Shown one piece after another: positions 55,191 to 63,621 of a stretch of DNA of 64,000 nucleotides. Every line of letters begins with the position of its first letter. Positions within the stretch are counted from its first letter, which is position 1. The stretch is taken from IMG/VR virus record IMGVR_UViG_2974715105_000001, positions 720 to 64,719 of that record; one strand, given 5' to 3'. Both the position numbers and the translations under genes were made by a program. The DNA is from a virus. The notes beneath the pieces were generated by a model that was not told the DNA's origin, did not search any database, and was given only the letters and a program-made list of their open reading frames with translations.

Positions 55191-56921
55191 ATGATTATCG
55201 ACGACGATAACATTCTTGATGATGACGAATCGGGGTCCAGTGAGTTCGACCTCACGCAGATAGAAGATGCCGGAATGGACCCTTTGATGACCGCCGCAAG
55301 TAAAGCGGCCGATGATGCGATTGCGAGGAATGAGACGTATCGCGCACAAAAGGCGGCAAAGTATGCCGAGGCTTATGCGGAACCAGATTTGAAGAAGCGA
55401 GCGCGATTGTTGATGCTCGATCAGGCCTTTGATCTTCCGGTCAGCCGGCTAGTGAAAGGACCGTTCGACGACTTCATCACAAAGTACAGCTCGACTTCAG
55501 ACAGCAACTACCTCGCGGTCTATGATACGTTGTTCTGTAAGGGCGACGGAACTGTCCCACACCCGCACTTCGACGAGTTTCGCGGCCGGCTGGTGGACCA
55601 TCGCGGCGTGGCGTTCAACAACAAGACCCTCGACCCGATTGACCTGATGGGCGCCCTCGCGGCTGCGGCCTTGGATGATCCATCGATCAAGAAAACGATT
55701 GAGACTTGCTGCGTTTGGGCGCGTCGATATCGCCGCAACTCGCTGATCGAGACGTTTGAGAAGAAGATACCGGAGTGGGACGGCGAAGAGCGAATTAGCA
55801 CGTTGCTGATCGATCTTTTCAAGCCGTTCGACACCGAATTGAACCGGATGGTGAGCAAGTATTTCTGGCTGAGCCTGTACTGCCGCATCAACTATCCGGG
55901 AATCTCGGCGCCGATCTCGCTGGCATTGATTGGTGGGCAGGATGCGGGTAAATCCTATTTCGGCCTGCTGATCTGCAAAGAGCTGTCGGGCGGTCGCGAT
56001 CTGGCTCCAGTCCAACTCGACCTGAGCCGGCATGACCAGACGCCATTCCTGCGCAACATCACCGGTAACTCGGTTATTGCGAACGTCGGTGAAATGTCCG
56101 GCTTCAAAAAGGGCGACATGGAACGCATCAAAGAGTTCCTGGTGCGATCTTCTGATACATTCGACCAGAAGTTTGAGCCGGGCGAGACGATCAAGCGACA
56201 ATGGATCACCATCATGGACGGCAACGGCTACGATGGACTCCAGCGGGACGACTCTGGTAACCGCCGTTTCTATCCAATGTTCGTGGCGCAACTGCCCGAT
56301 GAGGATGGAAAGCCGAACTGGGTAAAGCCAGGCGACGGCAACGAACCGTTCAAAGTGGACTTCACCGACTTCGGCCGCAAATTCTGGCAAGCGATGGCCG
56401 AGTGCCGCGCCTGGATCGAAGAGCATGGCGTCGATGGCTACCTGAATATGGTGTCGGAGGCAAACCGCGAAGTCCAGAACTTCTCTATTTCGGAAATGGA
56501 GAATGCGCGCGGCGTGGTTCGCGACGATACGATTGATATGTATCTGATCAATGTTCTGATCAGTTGCGAGTTTGAAGAGGTTAAGCCTGGTGGGAATTCC
56601 AAGACTCCTGGGTGGCGTGTCAATACGGTGGAAATCTTGAAGTGGTTCGATATTCTCGCCAGGAAGAAGCCGATTTCTCGCCATTTAACTCCGCACCTGA
56701 AAGCACTTGGGTTCATTCCGAATAAGAACGGCCTGAATGGATGGCTCCTGCCTGCCGATAAAGTTGCCGGTCAGGAAATGATTGGGTCCTTGCCGTCATT
56801 CAACGATGCGCTGATATATATGGTCAGGAAGAATGACGCCGCTGTCTCTGATGATGATGCCATGTCGCATGTCCGCAGAGTCAAGGCAGAGCGAGCCAAG
56901 ATATTGGGCGAGGATTTCTAG
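55191..56921 (+). CDS. VirE/VapE-family P-loop helicase (576 aa)
   Basis: ALIGGQDAGKS Walker A, VGEM, DDSGNRRFYP. Confidence 0.85.
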   Translation: MIIDDDNILDDDESGSSEFDLTQIEDAGMDPLMTAASKAADDAIARNETYRAQKAAKYAEAYAEPDLKKRARLLMLDQAFDLPVSRLVKGPFDDFITKYSSTSDSNYLAVYDTLFCKGDGTVPHPHFDEFRGRLVDHRGVAFNNKTLDPIDLMGALAAAALDDPSIKKTIETCCVWARRYRRNSLIETFEKKIPEWDGEERISTLLIDLFKPFDTELNRMVSKYFWLSLYCRINYPGISAPISLALIGGQDAGKSYFGLLICKELSGGRDLAPVQLDLSRHDQTPFLRNITGNSVIANVGEMSGFKKGDMERIKEFLVRSSDTFDQKFEPGETIKRQWITIMDGNGYDGLQRDDSGNRRFYPMFVAQLPDEDGKPNWVKPGDGNEPFKVDFTDFGRKFWQAMAECRAWIEEHGVDGYLNMVSEANREVQNFSISEMENARGVVRDDTIDMYLINVLISCEFEEVKPGGNSKTPGWRVNTVEILKWFDILARKKPISRHLTPHLKALGFIPNKNGLNGWLLPADKVAGQEMIGSLPSFNDALIYMVRKNDAAVSDDDAMSHVRRVKAERAKILGEDF

Positions 56922-56957
56922 TGTACTGATGCAGTTGGGGTGAATTGTGGTTGGAAT

Positions 56958-56980
56958 AGGCCGCCTTCGGGCGGTCTTTT
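56958..56980 (+). terminator. Intrinsic terminator, UUCG loop
   Basis: AGGCCGCC-TTCG-GGCGGTCT-TTTCTTT. Confidence 0.88.
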
Positions 56981-57172
56981 CTTTGGCGCGGAGAACATTA
57001 ATTTAGCTTGTGAACGGGTGAGGTTTGAAAGCCATGTGGGAATTAGGGTGGCGCGGCGGTGGTGTATTATGGGAAGTTGATAGATTTTCGGTATTGGTCT
57101 GGTGTGTATGATGGTTGGATTTTGCGTGAAATGTTGAGAAATTATGGGTTTGAGGTGGATTTTTTGTGGGAA

Positions 57173-57470
57173 ATAGCCGCAAATTCCTGGATAGCGATTC
57201 TGACTGGGAAGATGGGAGGCCTACTGCCGCGTGGGTTAGCGGCCAATTTCCCGAATTCCCGGTTTTTCGAGCATGGTTTAAAACTATTCTACAGCGAAAA
57301 TCGATTGCACAATCCTAATAGAAAAAATCTATCACGGACGTTACCTATCTTTAAAATTAATAAAATTAATGGGAATTTGGTAATTTGGAATAGTTTAGTC
57401 TTTGAAAGCCTCGCGGCACTAAGCCTGTACACTACCCGGCAAGTTTCCGATTCCGCTCAACTCGCGGCAG
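57173..57470. other. AT-rich non-coding element B, homologous to element A
   Basis: Exact 13-mers ATAGCCGCAAATT and TTGGTAATTTGGA shared with 11151-11453, in the same order. Confidence 0.8.
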
Positions 57471-57902
57471 GGTCGCCGGAAACTTCCGTCCTTCCAATCC
57501 ATGGGCAGCGGCAACACCACGGCGGACTAAGCGGCAAGGTCCAAAACCGGACGAGCGGAACCGGAAATTTGGCAACGGGACAGAATCGCTCATCTGGACA
57601 TATTCCTAACATTCGATTTAACATTCGATCCAAACACTCACCGCCACCATCACCCGCCACCAGCCAATCCGATCCTCACCCACCAGCATACCTCCCATAT
57701 AACATCCTATAACACCACCTAACACTCATTCACCATCCAACCCACCCATACCTACCGACCACCCACAAGCAGCCCATAGACGTGCTCCCTGGCCCCATAG
57801 TACAATCGCGCCATACTCAGTGTCGCGGCAAAGCACTAGGTCCCATCAACAGCCAGGCAACCGCGACGGTCCAAGAATCGAACTCCAGGGACGCAGCAAC
57901 AA

Positions 57903-58475
57903 ATGACCGCCAAATCCTACAGACCCGACGATTTAGTCACGCCACAAGAATTCGCTGATCCGCAGTTCGCGGCGATCAACCAGAAGCGTTTCGATCTGTA
58001 CATCGACCTGCGCGTTCAAGGCTACAGCTCCTGGCGGGTCTTCCGGGCGATCTGGGGCGAAGAGCACATGGACGGGCCGGCCCAGGCTCGCATCTTCGCG
58101 ATGGAGTCCAACCCGTACTATCGCAAGCAGTTCAAAGCCAAGCTGAATGCGACCAGAACGTCCGATCTGTGGAATCCAAAGACGGCGCTTCACGAACTTC
58201 TCCAGATGGTTCGCGATCCCACTGTCAAGGACTCCAGCCGTCTATCGGCCATCAAAGAGCTGAACGTTCTGGCCGAAATCACGTTCGTTGACGAGTCTGG
58301 CAAAACCAGGGTCGGTCGCGGATTGGCAGACTTCTACGCATCGGAAGCCGAGGCCCAGACCGCCACCGTCGCTGCTGCGGCCGAAGCCAATGGCTATGTA
58401 CAGGACGGTAAAGAGGGCGATTTCCCGTCCCCGACGCCGGAACCGACCGAGGAGGACCGCGCCAACCCCATTTAG
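57903..58475 (+). CDS. terS: Terminase small subunit (190 aa)
   Basis: HTH-like N-terminus, oligomerisation helix SSRLSAIKELNVL; a TerS far from TerL has been reported for Pbunavirus E217. Confidence 0.72.
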   Translation: MTAKSYRPDDLVTPQEFADPQFAAINQKRFDLYIDLRVQGYSSWRVFRAIWGEEHMDGPAQARIFAMESNPYYRKQFKAKLNATRTSDLWNPKTALHELLQMVRDPTVKDSSRLSAIKELNVLAEITFVDESGKTRVGRGLADFYASEAEAQTATVAAAAEANGYVQDGKEGDFPSPTPEPTEEDRANPI

Positions 58476-58595
58476 ACATAAAATAACATCGTTCTAGGCC
58501 TGAATCGGACCGATCTAAGGCGACGGTAGCGGGTAGGGGCGAAAAACGATTCTAGGGCTGTTCTAGGAAGCCGACCAATAACGATCAGAAGCGAC

Positions 58596-58631
58596 AAAAG
58601 CCCCGGACTCTAGTTCAGAATCCGGGGCTTT
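58596..58631. terminator. Bidirectional intrinsic terminator
   Basis: AAAAGCCCCGGA...TCCGGGGCTTT between convergent genes. Confidence 0.85.
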
Positions 58632-58644
58632 CTTTTTGTGCTTC

Positions 58645-59259
58645 TTATTCTCCAGCTTCGATGATTTCGAAGTTGTATTTGACGCCTTCGTGCTCGAAAG
58701 TCAATTTGCCGGCCTCCTTCAGCTGCATGCGGAAGCGGATGTGCTTCGAAGAGGGCAGGCCGAACTCGATGAATGCTGCGTTGGTGGACCGGAACTCACC
58801 GCGCTTCCCTTTGACGGTCACCGCCACGCCATGACGCTGGGTGCGCTTTTTGGAGACTTCCGGGTCTTTCCAGGAGTTGGCGATGGCTGCGGACAGGTCT
58901 TTGGACTCTTTGACCTTCTCTGGCGCTTTCTTCGCCTCTTCGCGCATCTTCCGGATTTCTTCCAGCGCTTCCTCTTCGGTGACCTCTTCCTCCGGCTTCA
59001 GATTTTCTTCTTCGGCCTTCTCTTCTTCCTTCTTCTTGGAAGTGCGGGTTTTGTAAACCTTGGCCGGGGCTTCCTCTTCCTGGAAAGCTTCTTCCTCGGC
59101 CGGCAGAGCGTTCAGGATGGCGAGGCAGCGACGCTCGGCGGTCTTGCGATCAGAGAAGCGCTTGACAGTCGCATCGGCGTTGTGAGCGTTGTAGAAGGCG
59201 ACCAGTTCTTTCATTTCTGCGTTCTGGATGTCGCCGAAGGTTTTGATGGAGTTGGTCAT
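58645..59259 (-). CDS. Putative early DNA-binding protein (204 aa)
   Basis: Basic terminal domains, Glu-rich linker, SAAIANSWKDPEV motif; own promoter. Confidence 0.75.
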   Translation of the reverse strand: MTNSIKTFGDIQNAEMKELVAFYNAHNADATVKRFSDRKTAERRCLAILNALPAEEEAFQEEEAPAKVYKTRTSKKKEEEKAEEENLKPEEEVTEEEALEEIRKMREEAKKAPEKVKESKDLSAAIANSWKDPEVSKKRTQRHGVAVTVKGKRGEFRSTNAAFIEFGLPSSKHIRFRMQLKEAGKLTFEHEGVKYNFEIIEAGE

Positions 59260-59321
59260 TTTGCGATCCTCTGTTTTGGAAGATTTCGTTCGGGCTTCAG
59301 TTTGTCGCCCCGTTGAAAGAG

Positions 59322-59350
59322 ATTATGCCTAGGTCGATGCTGCGTGTCTA
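59322..59350 (-). promoter_or_regulatory. Sigma70-like promoter
   Basis: TAGACA, 17 nt, CATAAT. Confidence 0.7.
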
Positions 59351-59450
59351 CATTTATTTCAGCATAATGATGACGAACCCGACGAACGGTTGTCGGATGT
59401 GAAAACACAGCAGGACAGGCTGCGGTGTTTTCTGGACGATGCTGCGACGG

Positions 59451-60059
59451 TCAGAAGGTCGGGATCGGCTCGACAGGCAGGTCGCCAGGCTTATCGTTGT
59501 CCGACGCGGGAGACGGACTGGACGGGATGGCCCCGGACCGAAGCCCCAGCGGTTCAGGCCGCCTGCTTACCTGCGGTGCCGGAGGCGCGGGCGGAGCTTT
59601 TGGTGCTTTCGGCACTGGAGGCGCGGGCGGAGCTGGTGGAGACATCGGCCCTTCTGGGAGGTCGGGAAGGCTCGGTTCTTTCGGCTCGTAGTGAACTGTC
59701 GTGTCGTTGCCCGGTTCTGCGGGATCGACGCCTACGAACGGGGTTGTGACGCAGCGCATGTTTGGATAGTTCGGCAGATTCTTCAGGGCGATGGAGTCTG
59801 CCCAGACATACGGATTCTTGTGTTTGCCAGGGCCGTGGCTGATGATCTCGGCAGGCATGTGGCCGTTGAGGTTCAGCCACTCCGCCATCCCTTGCCGAGA
59901 CAGCGGGCTTACCACGATCTGGCCAGTGGCCTCTTCGGCAACGGCGAACAAATCGCCGAGTTTGAATCCGATGATCAAGTAGTTGGACCTGGCCTCGCCG
60001 ACGAAGGCGACAGTTTCAGTGCCGTGATGGATATCTTGATCTTCCCAGATGTATAGCAT
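59451..60059 (-). CDS. Protein with Pro-rich C-terminal tail (202 aa)
   Basis: RBS GAGGG; PPAPPAPPVPKAPKAPPAPPAP; 18-bp direct repeat at 59581 and 59617. Confidence 0.72.
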   Translation of the reverse strand: MLYIWEDQDIHHGTETVAFVGEARSNYLIIGFKLGDLFAVAEEATGQIVVSPLSRQGMAEWLNLNGHMPAEIISHGPGKHKNPYVWADSIALKNLPNYPNMRCVTTPFVGVDPAEPGNDTTVHYEPKEPSLPDLPEGPMSPPAPPAPPVPKAPKAPPAPPAPQVSRRPEPLGLRSGAIPSSPSPASDNDKPGDLPVEPIPTF

Positions 60060-60068
60060 GGTGCGCCC

Positions 60069-60386
60069 TCAGTAAGGTTGCTTGGTGTGCTCGACCAGAG
60101 ACATTCCGGCAGGAACTTTGAAGCGTATGTACTCGATCATCATCGCAGTTCGGCGACGATTCGTTCCGGACTCGTCATTCACGAAGAGTTCGCACTGGTG
60201 CGGAATGACTCGCGTCACCAATGCTTCGCCTTTCGAGCCGTAGAACTTGATGTAGGCTGCGACGCCTCGCGTCATGTTCAGATGGATCGTTTCGCAGAGT
60301 CGCTGCGCGGCCGACGCGCTGGAAAGATCTGTCGGGCTGACCGTCACCCAGTAATGGGCATTCGCCGTTTGCTCTTTGTCAGACAT
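60069..60386 (-). CDS. Hypothetical protein (105 aa)
   Basis: RBS GGAGA before MSDKEQ. Confidence 0.68.
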   Translation of the reverse strand: MSDKEQTANAHYWVTVSPTDLSSASAAQRLCETIHLNMTRGVAAYIKFYGSKGEALVTRVIPHQCELFVNDESGTNRRRTAMMIEYIRFKVPAGMSLVEHTKQPY

Positions 60387-60433
60387 CAATGGTCTCCATG
60401 GTGAAGCCTCCACCGAATGGCAGAGGCTAGTTG

Positions 60434-60655
60434 TTAGTCGCGCTTCATCAGGACGACTTTGGTTGATGAGACGTATTTACCGATCCAATCTTCCCAGTAG
60501 TCGCCGACCGGACAAGTCAACTCCAGAGTTACTTCACCATGCCAGAGTTCGACCGACAGGATGATGGCCCTGTTTCTTGCTGCTGAGTCGGGTCTGAGTT
60601 TAATCAGAATCTCGTCGCCTGTTTTAAGCTCGTCCACCCTTACTACTTTTGCCAT
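60434..60655 (-). CDS. Small beta-barrel-like protein, paralog A (73 aa)
   Basis: MAKVVRVDELKTGDEIL; RBS AGGAGA. Confidence 0.75.
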   Translation of the reverse strand: MAKVVRVDELKTGDEILIKLRPDSAARNRAIILSVELWHGEVTLELTCPVGDYWEDWIGKYVSSTKVVLMKRD

Positions 60656-60664
60656 GTCGTTCTC

Positions 60665-60892
60665 CTATGCGATTGAGTTCCAGATGATGGTTGGGTAGTC
60701 ACTTCTGAGTTTAATCCCGAAATCCTTCCACTCACCGCCGACAAGTGCTGACAATCCGACACTTACTTTGTTGTGCGGAGCAGGACTGGTGCGCAGGACT
60801 ATGGCTCGACGCCGAATGGGGTCACTGTCGTCCACATGGGTGAGTATTTCATCGCCTACGGTCAGTTCACAAGCCAACATAACCTTGGCCAT
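60665..60892 (-). CDS. Small beta-barrel-like protein, paralog B (75 aa)
   Basis: MAKVMLACELTVGDEIL; RBS AGGAGG. Confidence 0.75.
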   Translation of the reverse strand: MAKVMLACELTVGDEILTHVDDSDPIRRRAIVLRTSPAPHNKVSVGLSALVGGEWKDFGIKLRSDYPTIIWNSIA

Positions 60893-60944
60893 AATAACCT
60901 CCTGTGGAAGGCGCGGCCAGAACGATCCCGACCGCGCCGATGGA

Positions 60945-61169
60945 TTAACGTTTGTGAAGGATGGACACGGAGTCCACGTCGATGATTTTGATGGTACGGC
61001 GACGGCGTTTGTTGCTGCGTTCGTGAATAAGAATCAGATCAGCGGATGGAGCTTCGTCCACCACCCATACGTCTTCCGGTTTCTGCGTCCGGAGCAGGAC
61101 CGTCACTTCAGTACTCTGGGCGAGTCCGTTGCAGATGAACGTGAACTTGGACGAGGGAGTTCTGTACAT
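60945..61169 (-). CDS. Hypothetical early protein (74 aa)
   Basis: RBS AAAGGA; follows the promoter at 61210-61251. Confidence 0.72.
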   Translation of the reverse strand: MYRTPSSKFTFICNGLAQSTEVTVLLRTQKPEDVWVVDEAPSADLILIHERSNKRRRRTIKIIDVDSVSILHKR

Positions 61170-61209
61170 TTCGAGATTCCTTTTTGGACTTTGGGCCCGG
61201 CTTCTCAGC

Positions 61210-61251
61210 CGGTGAAGAGATTATGCCCTGATTCTCACCGCCGAGTAAAGC
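61210..61251 (-). promoter_or_regulatory. Early promoter with hairpin around -10
   Basis: GCTTTACT, 18 nt, CATAAT; CGGTGA/TCACCG inverted repeat. Confidence 0.7.
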
Positions 61252-61561
61252 ATTTATGTATCAATTCTCCCGTCAGGTGGAACCAAAGCGCGGTATCGCT
61301 TATGGCTACGCTACCGCGCCATGGACCTTCTTGCTCGCACACTGCGAACCACAAGCTTATTTCCATCCTTGCCAGGACTCGGCCGAAAGATTCAAACCTG
61401 CGCCGACTGGCCAATATGTCGACATTCACTCGTCGATTGATCTCGTACCGGCGACCGTTGATGACGAAGACCAGACGTATGGTTTGTCCGTCAAGACACT
61501 CCCAGTACCTGGTCTCATATCGGAGCCAATAGCGTTTGCCTGCCGGCCCTACCGTCGTCAT
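61235..61561 (-). CDS. Hypothetical basic protein (108 aa)
   Basis: ATGA overlap with the upstream gene; MTTVGPAGKRYW. Confidence 0.68.
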   Translation of the reverse strand: MTTVGPAGKRYWLRYETRYWECLDGQTIRLVFVINGRRYEINRRVNVDILASRRRFESFGRVLARMEISLWFAVCEQEGPWRGSVAISDTALWFHLTGELIHKCFTRR

Positions 61562-62205
61562 CCTTCTATGCTCCTGGCTGCTCCACGGGGACCGGATGGT
61601 GGAGTCGGATCGAATCGACCCAGGATGTAGTCGGGCCGACGCGCTTCCTGCGGACAGACGGCGAGAAGGCGCCATCCCGCGTCCAGGGCGTGCTGGAGTT
61701 CGTCCGTGCAGCAGTCTTCCTTGAGCAGCAGGCGATTGACGTTCTGGAGGTTCGGGCCAGGGATGGCCGAGCTGGTGTGCGAGTTCCAACCTTCGATGCC
61801 GTCCACCATCTGTGGTTGGTTGATGTAGCCTTCGGACCTGCCAGCCAACCGGCTCGCGGCCAGCTCCAGGCGCTCCAGCATTGGCCGCAGAGCGGCTTCC
61901 GGGTCAACATCGTCCCAGAGAAGGACCAAGCTGATGATGGTGTACGGATAGTCCTTGTCCAGATCCCAGGCCGAAGCGGTCAGACGGCCCAGGCCGATTT
62001 CATTACACATCACGGGAACGTCGTTGCTCCATGTGGACGGCTCCCAGTTCCGCTCACCAGGATTCCCGATTGTTACGCCTTCCAGGTTCCCCAGGAGAAC
62101 GTGGAGTCTGCTGACGTATTCCGCCTCCAGCGCTTTCCGCTCTTCGTCGGTCTGGTTGTGGCGATAGAAGGATGGAGGGCTGACTTTTGCATGGTAGAGT
62201 TTCAT
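61558..62205 (-). CDS. Hypothetical protein (215 aa)
   Basis: RBS AGGA; C-terminal ELQHALDAGWRLLAVC...PDYILGR. Confidence 0.78.
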   Translation of the reverse strand: MKLYHAKVSPPSFYRHNQTDEERKALEAEYVSRLHVLLGNLEGVTIGNPGERNWEPSTWSNDVPVMCNEIGLGRLTASAWDLDKDYPYTIISLVLLWDDVDPEAALRPMLERLELAASRLAGRSEGYINQPQMVDGIEGWNSHTSSAIPGPNLQNVNRLLLKEDCCTDELQHALDAGWRLLAVCPQEARRPDYILGRFDPTPPSGPRGAARSIEG

Positions 62206-62232
62206 GATTGTTCCTATATGTAGGGTTCGACT

Positions 62233-62445
62233 TCAAAGAATTTTGTCGCAGAACTTCTCGAAAGGACTCTGCCTTTTCTTCTCGCAGACGGCACAGGTGA
62301 TTTCCAGTGCAGGAATCTCGTTATAGGTCTTGCCGAAGTACAGCCAGCGTTTACATAGGCTTCGACCGTCCGCCATGAAGAAGTGAACTTTTCGAGCAGC
62401 GCCGGGTTGTGCCCAGCCGCTCGGCAGCTTACTGGACTTGTTCAT
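62233..62445 (-). CDS. Small zinc-finger-like protein (70 aa)
   Basis: H..G.SLCKRW...CAVC. Confidence 0.7.
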   Translation of the reverse strand: MNKSSKLPSGWAQPGAARKVHFFMADGRSLCKRWLYFGKTYNEIPALEITCAVCEKKRQSPFEKFCDKIL

Positions 62446-62632
62446 GGTGACCCTCTTGTTTAGGTTCTGGAAGCCATTTGTTCATTTCAGACACCCATGC
62501 TCCATCGATGTATGCCAGATAGAACATGGCATCCCGACCGAAGCTAAATCCAACATAGAATGAGCCTGGGTCTATTTCCATTCCGGCATGCCCGTGATCT
62601 TCGATGTAGAAATCGAACATCGCATAGCTCAT
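62429..62632 (-). CDS. Hypothetical protein (67 aa)
   Basis: Coupled early array. Confidence 0.65.
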   Translation of the reverse strand: MSYAMFDFYIEDHGHAGMEIDPGSFYVGFSFGRDAMFYLAYIDGAWVSEMNKWLPEPKQEGHHEQVQ

Positions 62633-62844
62633 ACCATCACCATGTCGATTTCGTTGATGAAGAAGTGCACGTCGACACCATCTGCGCGGCCGGTGTAACG
62701 CAGACGAGTCGCGCCGTCGATTTTGACTTCTTCTACGCCAATGACTTCCAAGATGGTGTCATTGCAGTACAGCTTGACGAACATCTTTATGCCGGAGCCT
62801 ACCGCCGCGAAGGCGATCTGCTTATACAGGTCTTGCTTGATCAT
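62629..62844 (-). CDS. Hypothetical protein (71 aa)
   Basis: ATGA overlaps; coupled early array. Confidence 0.7.
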   Translation of the reverse strand: MIKQDLYKQIAFAAVGSGIKMFVKLYCNDTILEVIGVEEVKIDGATRLRYTGRADGVDVHFFINEIDMVMV

Positions 62845-63041
62845 GCTTTGCGCTCCCGTTTGCTGGTGTATATAGCTTCGACTTCGGCCTCAAGCTTCGC
62901 CCAAAGTTCGTTGTCCACCGGACCCCATGGTCCGGTCTGGGTGCCGTCAACCGGCGCGAACTTCCCACCGGCGCGACGATATTTGGAAAGGGTCTGGAGT
63001 TCGATGATTCGCCGTTCGTAGGCGTCGAATTGAGGTGTCAT
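62841..63041 (-). CDS. Hypothetical early protein (66 aa)
   Basis: RBS AGAGGA after the conserved leader. Confidence 0.75.
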   Translation of the reverse strand: MTPQFDAYERRIIELQTLSKYRRAGGKFAPVDGTQTGPWGPVDNELWAKLEAEVEAIYTSKRERKA

Positions 63042-63062
63042 TTCGCAATCCTCTTTTGGACG

Positions 63063-63116
63063 TTCGCGTTTCGATGAGGTGACTATATCTAAGTCGCCTC
63101 ATCGAGTAAAGCACTT
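63063..63116 (-). promoter_or_regulatory. Early promoter with hairpin and conserved leader
   Basis: GTGCTTTACT, 17 nt, TATAGT; TCGATGAGG/CCTCATCGA inverted repeat. Confidence 0.8.
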
Positions 63117-63165
63117 CTGCGAAATTATTTGATATTCTGTAAGGTCAGGAGGCCGGACGATTTGG

Positions 63166-63351
63166 TCAGTCGATTGAGCCGAGTCTCCACCCGTTGCGGG
63201 CGAAGGCCGAGCGACCCGACAGCTTGCGGCACTGAATGGAGCTTCCATCGTCGAAAGTATAGGCTGTGGCCCAGTCCAGGCGCTCACGACGTACTGCCGC
63301 ATTGGCGATGTCTTCCAGACGGGCTTTAAGGAGTTGCTCGGCTTTAGTCAT
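63166..63351 (-). CDS. Hypothetical early protein (61 aa)
   Basis: RBS AGAGGTG before MTKAEQLLK; lies between two duplicated promoters. Confidence 0.7.
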   Translation of the reverse strand: MTKAEQLLKARLEDIANAAVRRERLDWATAYTFDDGSSIQCRKLSGRSAFARNGWRLGSID

Positions 63352-63378
63352 CTCACACCTCTTTGGTTTATTCACTCT

Positions 63379-63421
63379 ATGAGGTGACTATACCTCAGCC
63401 ACCTCATCGAGTAAAGCACTT
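63379..63421 (-). promoter_or_regulatory. Early promoter with hairpin, near-duplicate of 63074-63116
   Basis: GTGCTTTACT, 17 nt, TATAGT; ATGAGGTG/CACCTCAT inverted repeat. Confidence 0.8.
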
Positions 63422-63430
63422 TTGAGAGAA

Positions 63431-63619
63431 TTATCTGAAATTTCTGGAAGCCAGGAATTGTCGCCAGAGCCAGTCAATGTGATCGTTCAGATAGCGCTCG
63501 CCATCGGATGACAGAGACAGGCAGCCGTCATTGATGCCGAGTTTGGAACTGGCGATCCGTTCGAATTCGAACTGGAGCGTTCCGGGCCGAGGGATATGGT
63601 ACATGCAATATTTCTGCAC
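63431..63619 (-). CDS. Hypothetical protein (62 aa)
   Basis: GTG start with RBS GAGGA. Confidence 0.65.
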   Translation of the reverse strand: MQKYCMYHIPRPGTLQFEFERIASSKLGINDGCLSLSSDGERYLNDHIDWLWRQFLASRNFR

Positions 63620-63621
63620 GA

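Noticed and set aside
57059-57712. 217-aa ORF across element B
   Set aside because: No clear RBS. Its composition follows the G/T to C/A skew and the repeat motifs rather than phage codon usage. The homologous element A has no matching ORF. Translation cannot be fully excluded.
63074-63421. Repeat-spacer-repeat pattern as a CRISPR mini-array
   Set aside because: Only two copies, a 262-bp coding spacer, the repeat is a promoter, and there are no cas genes.
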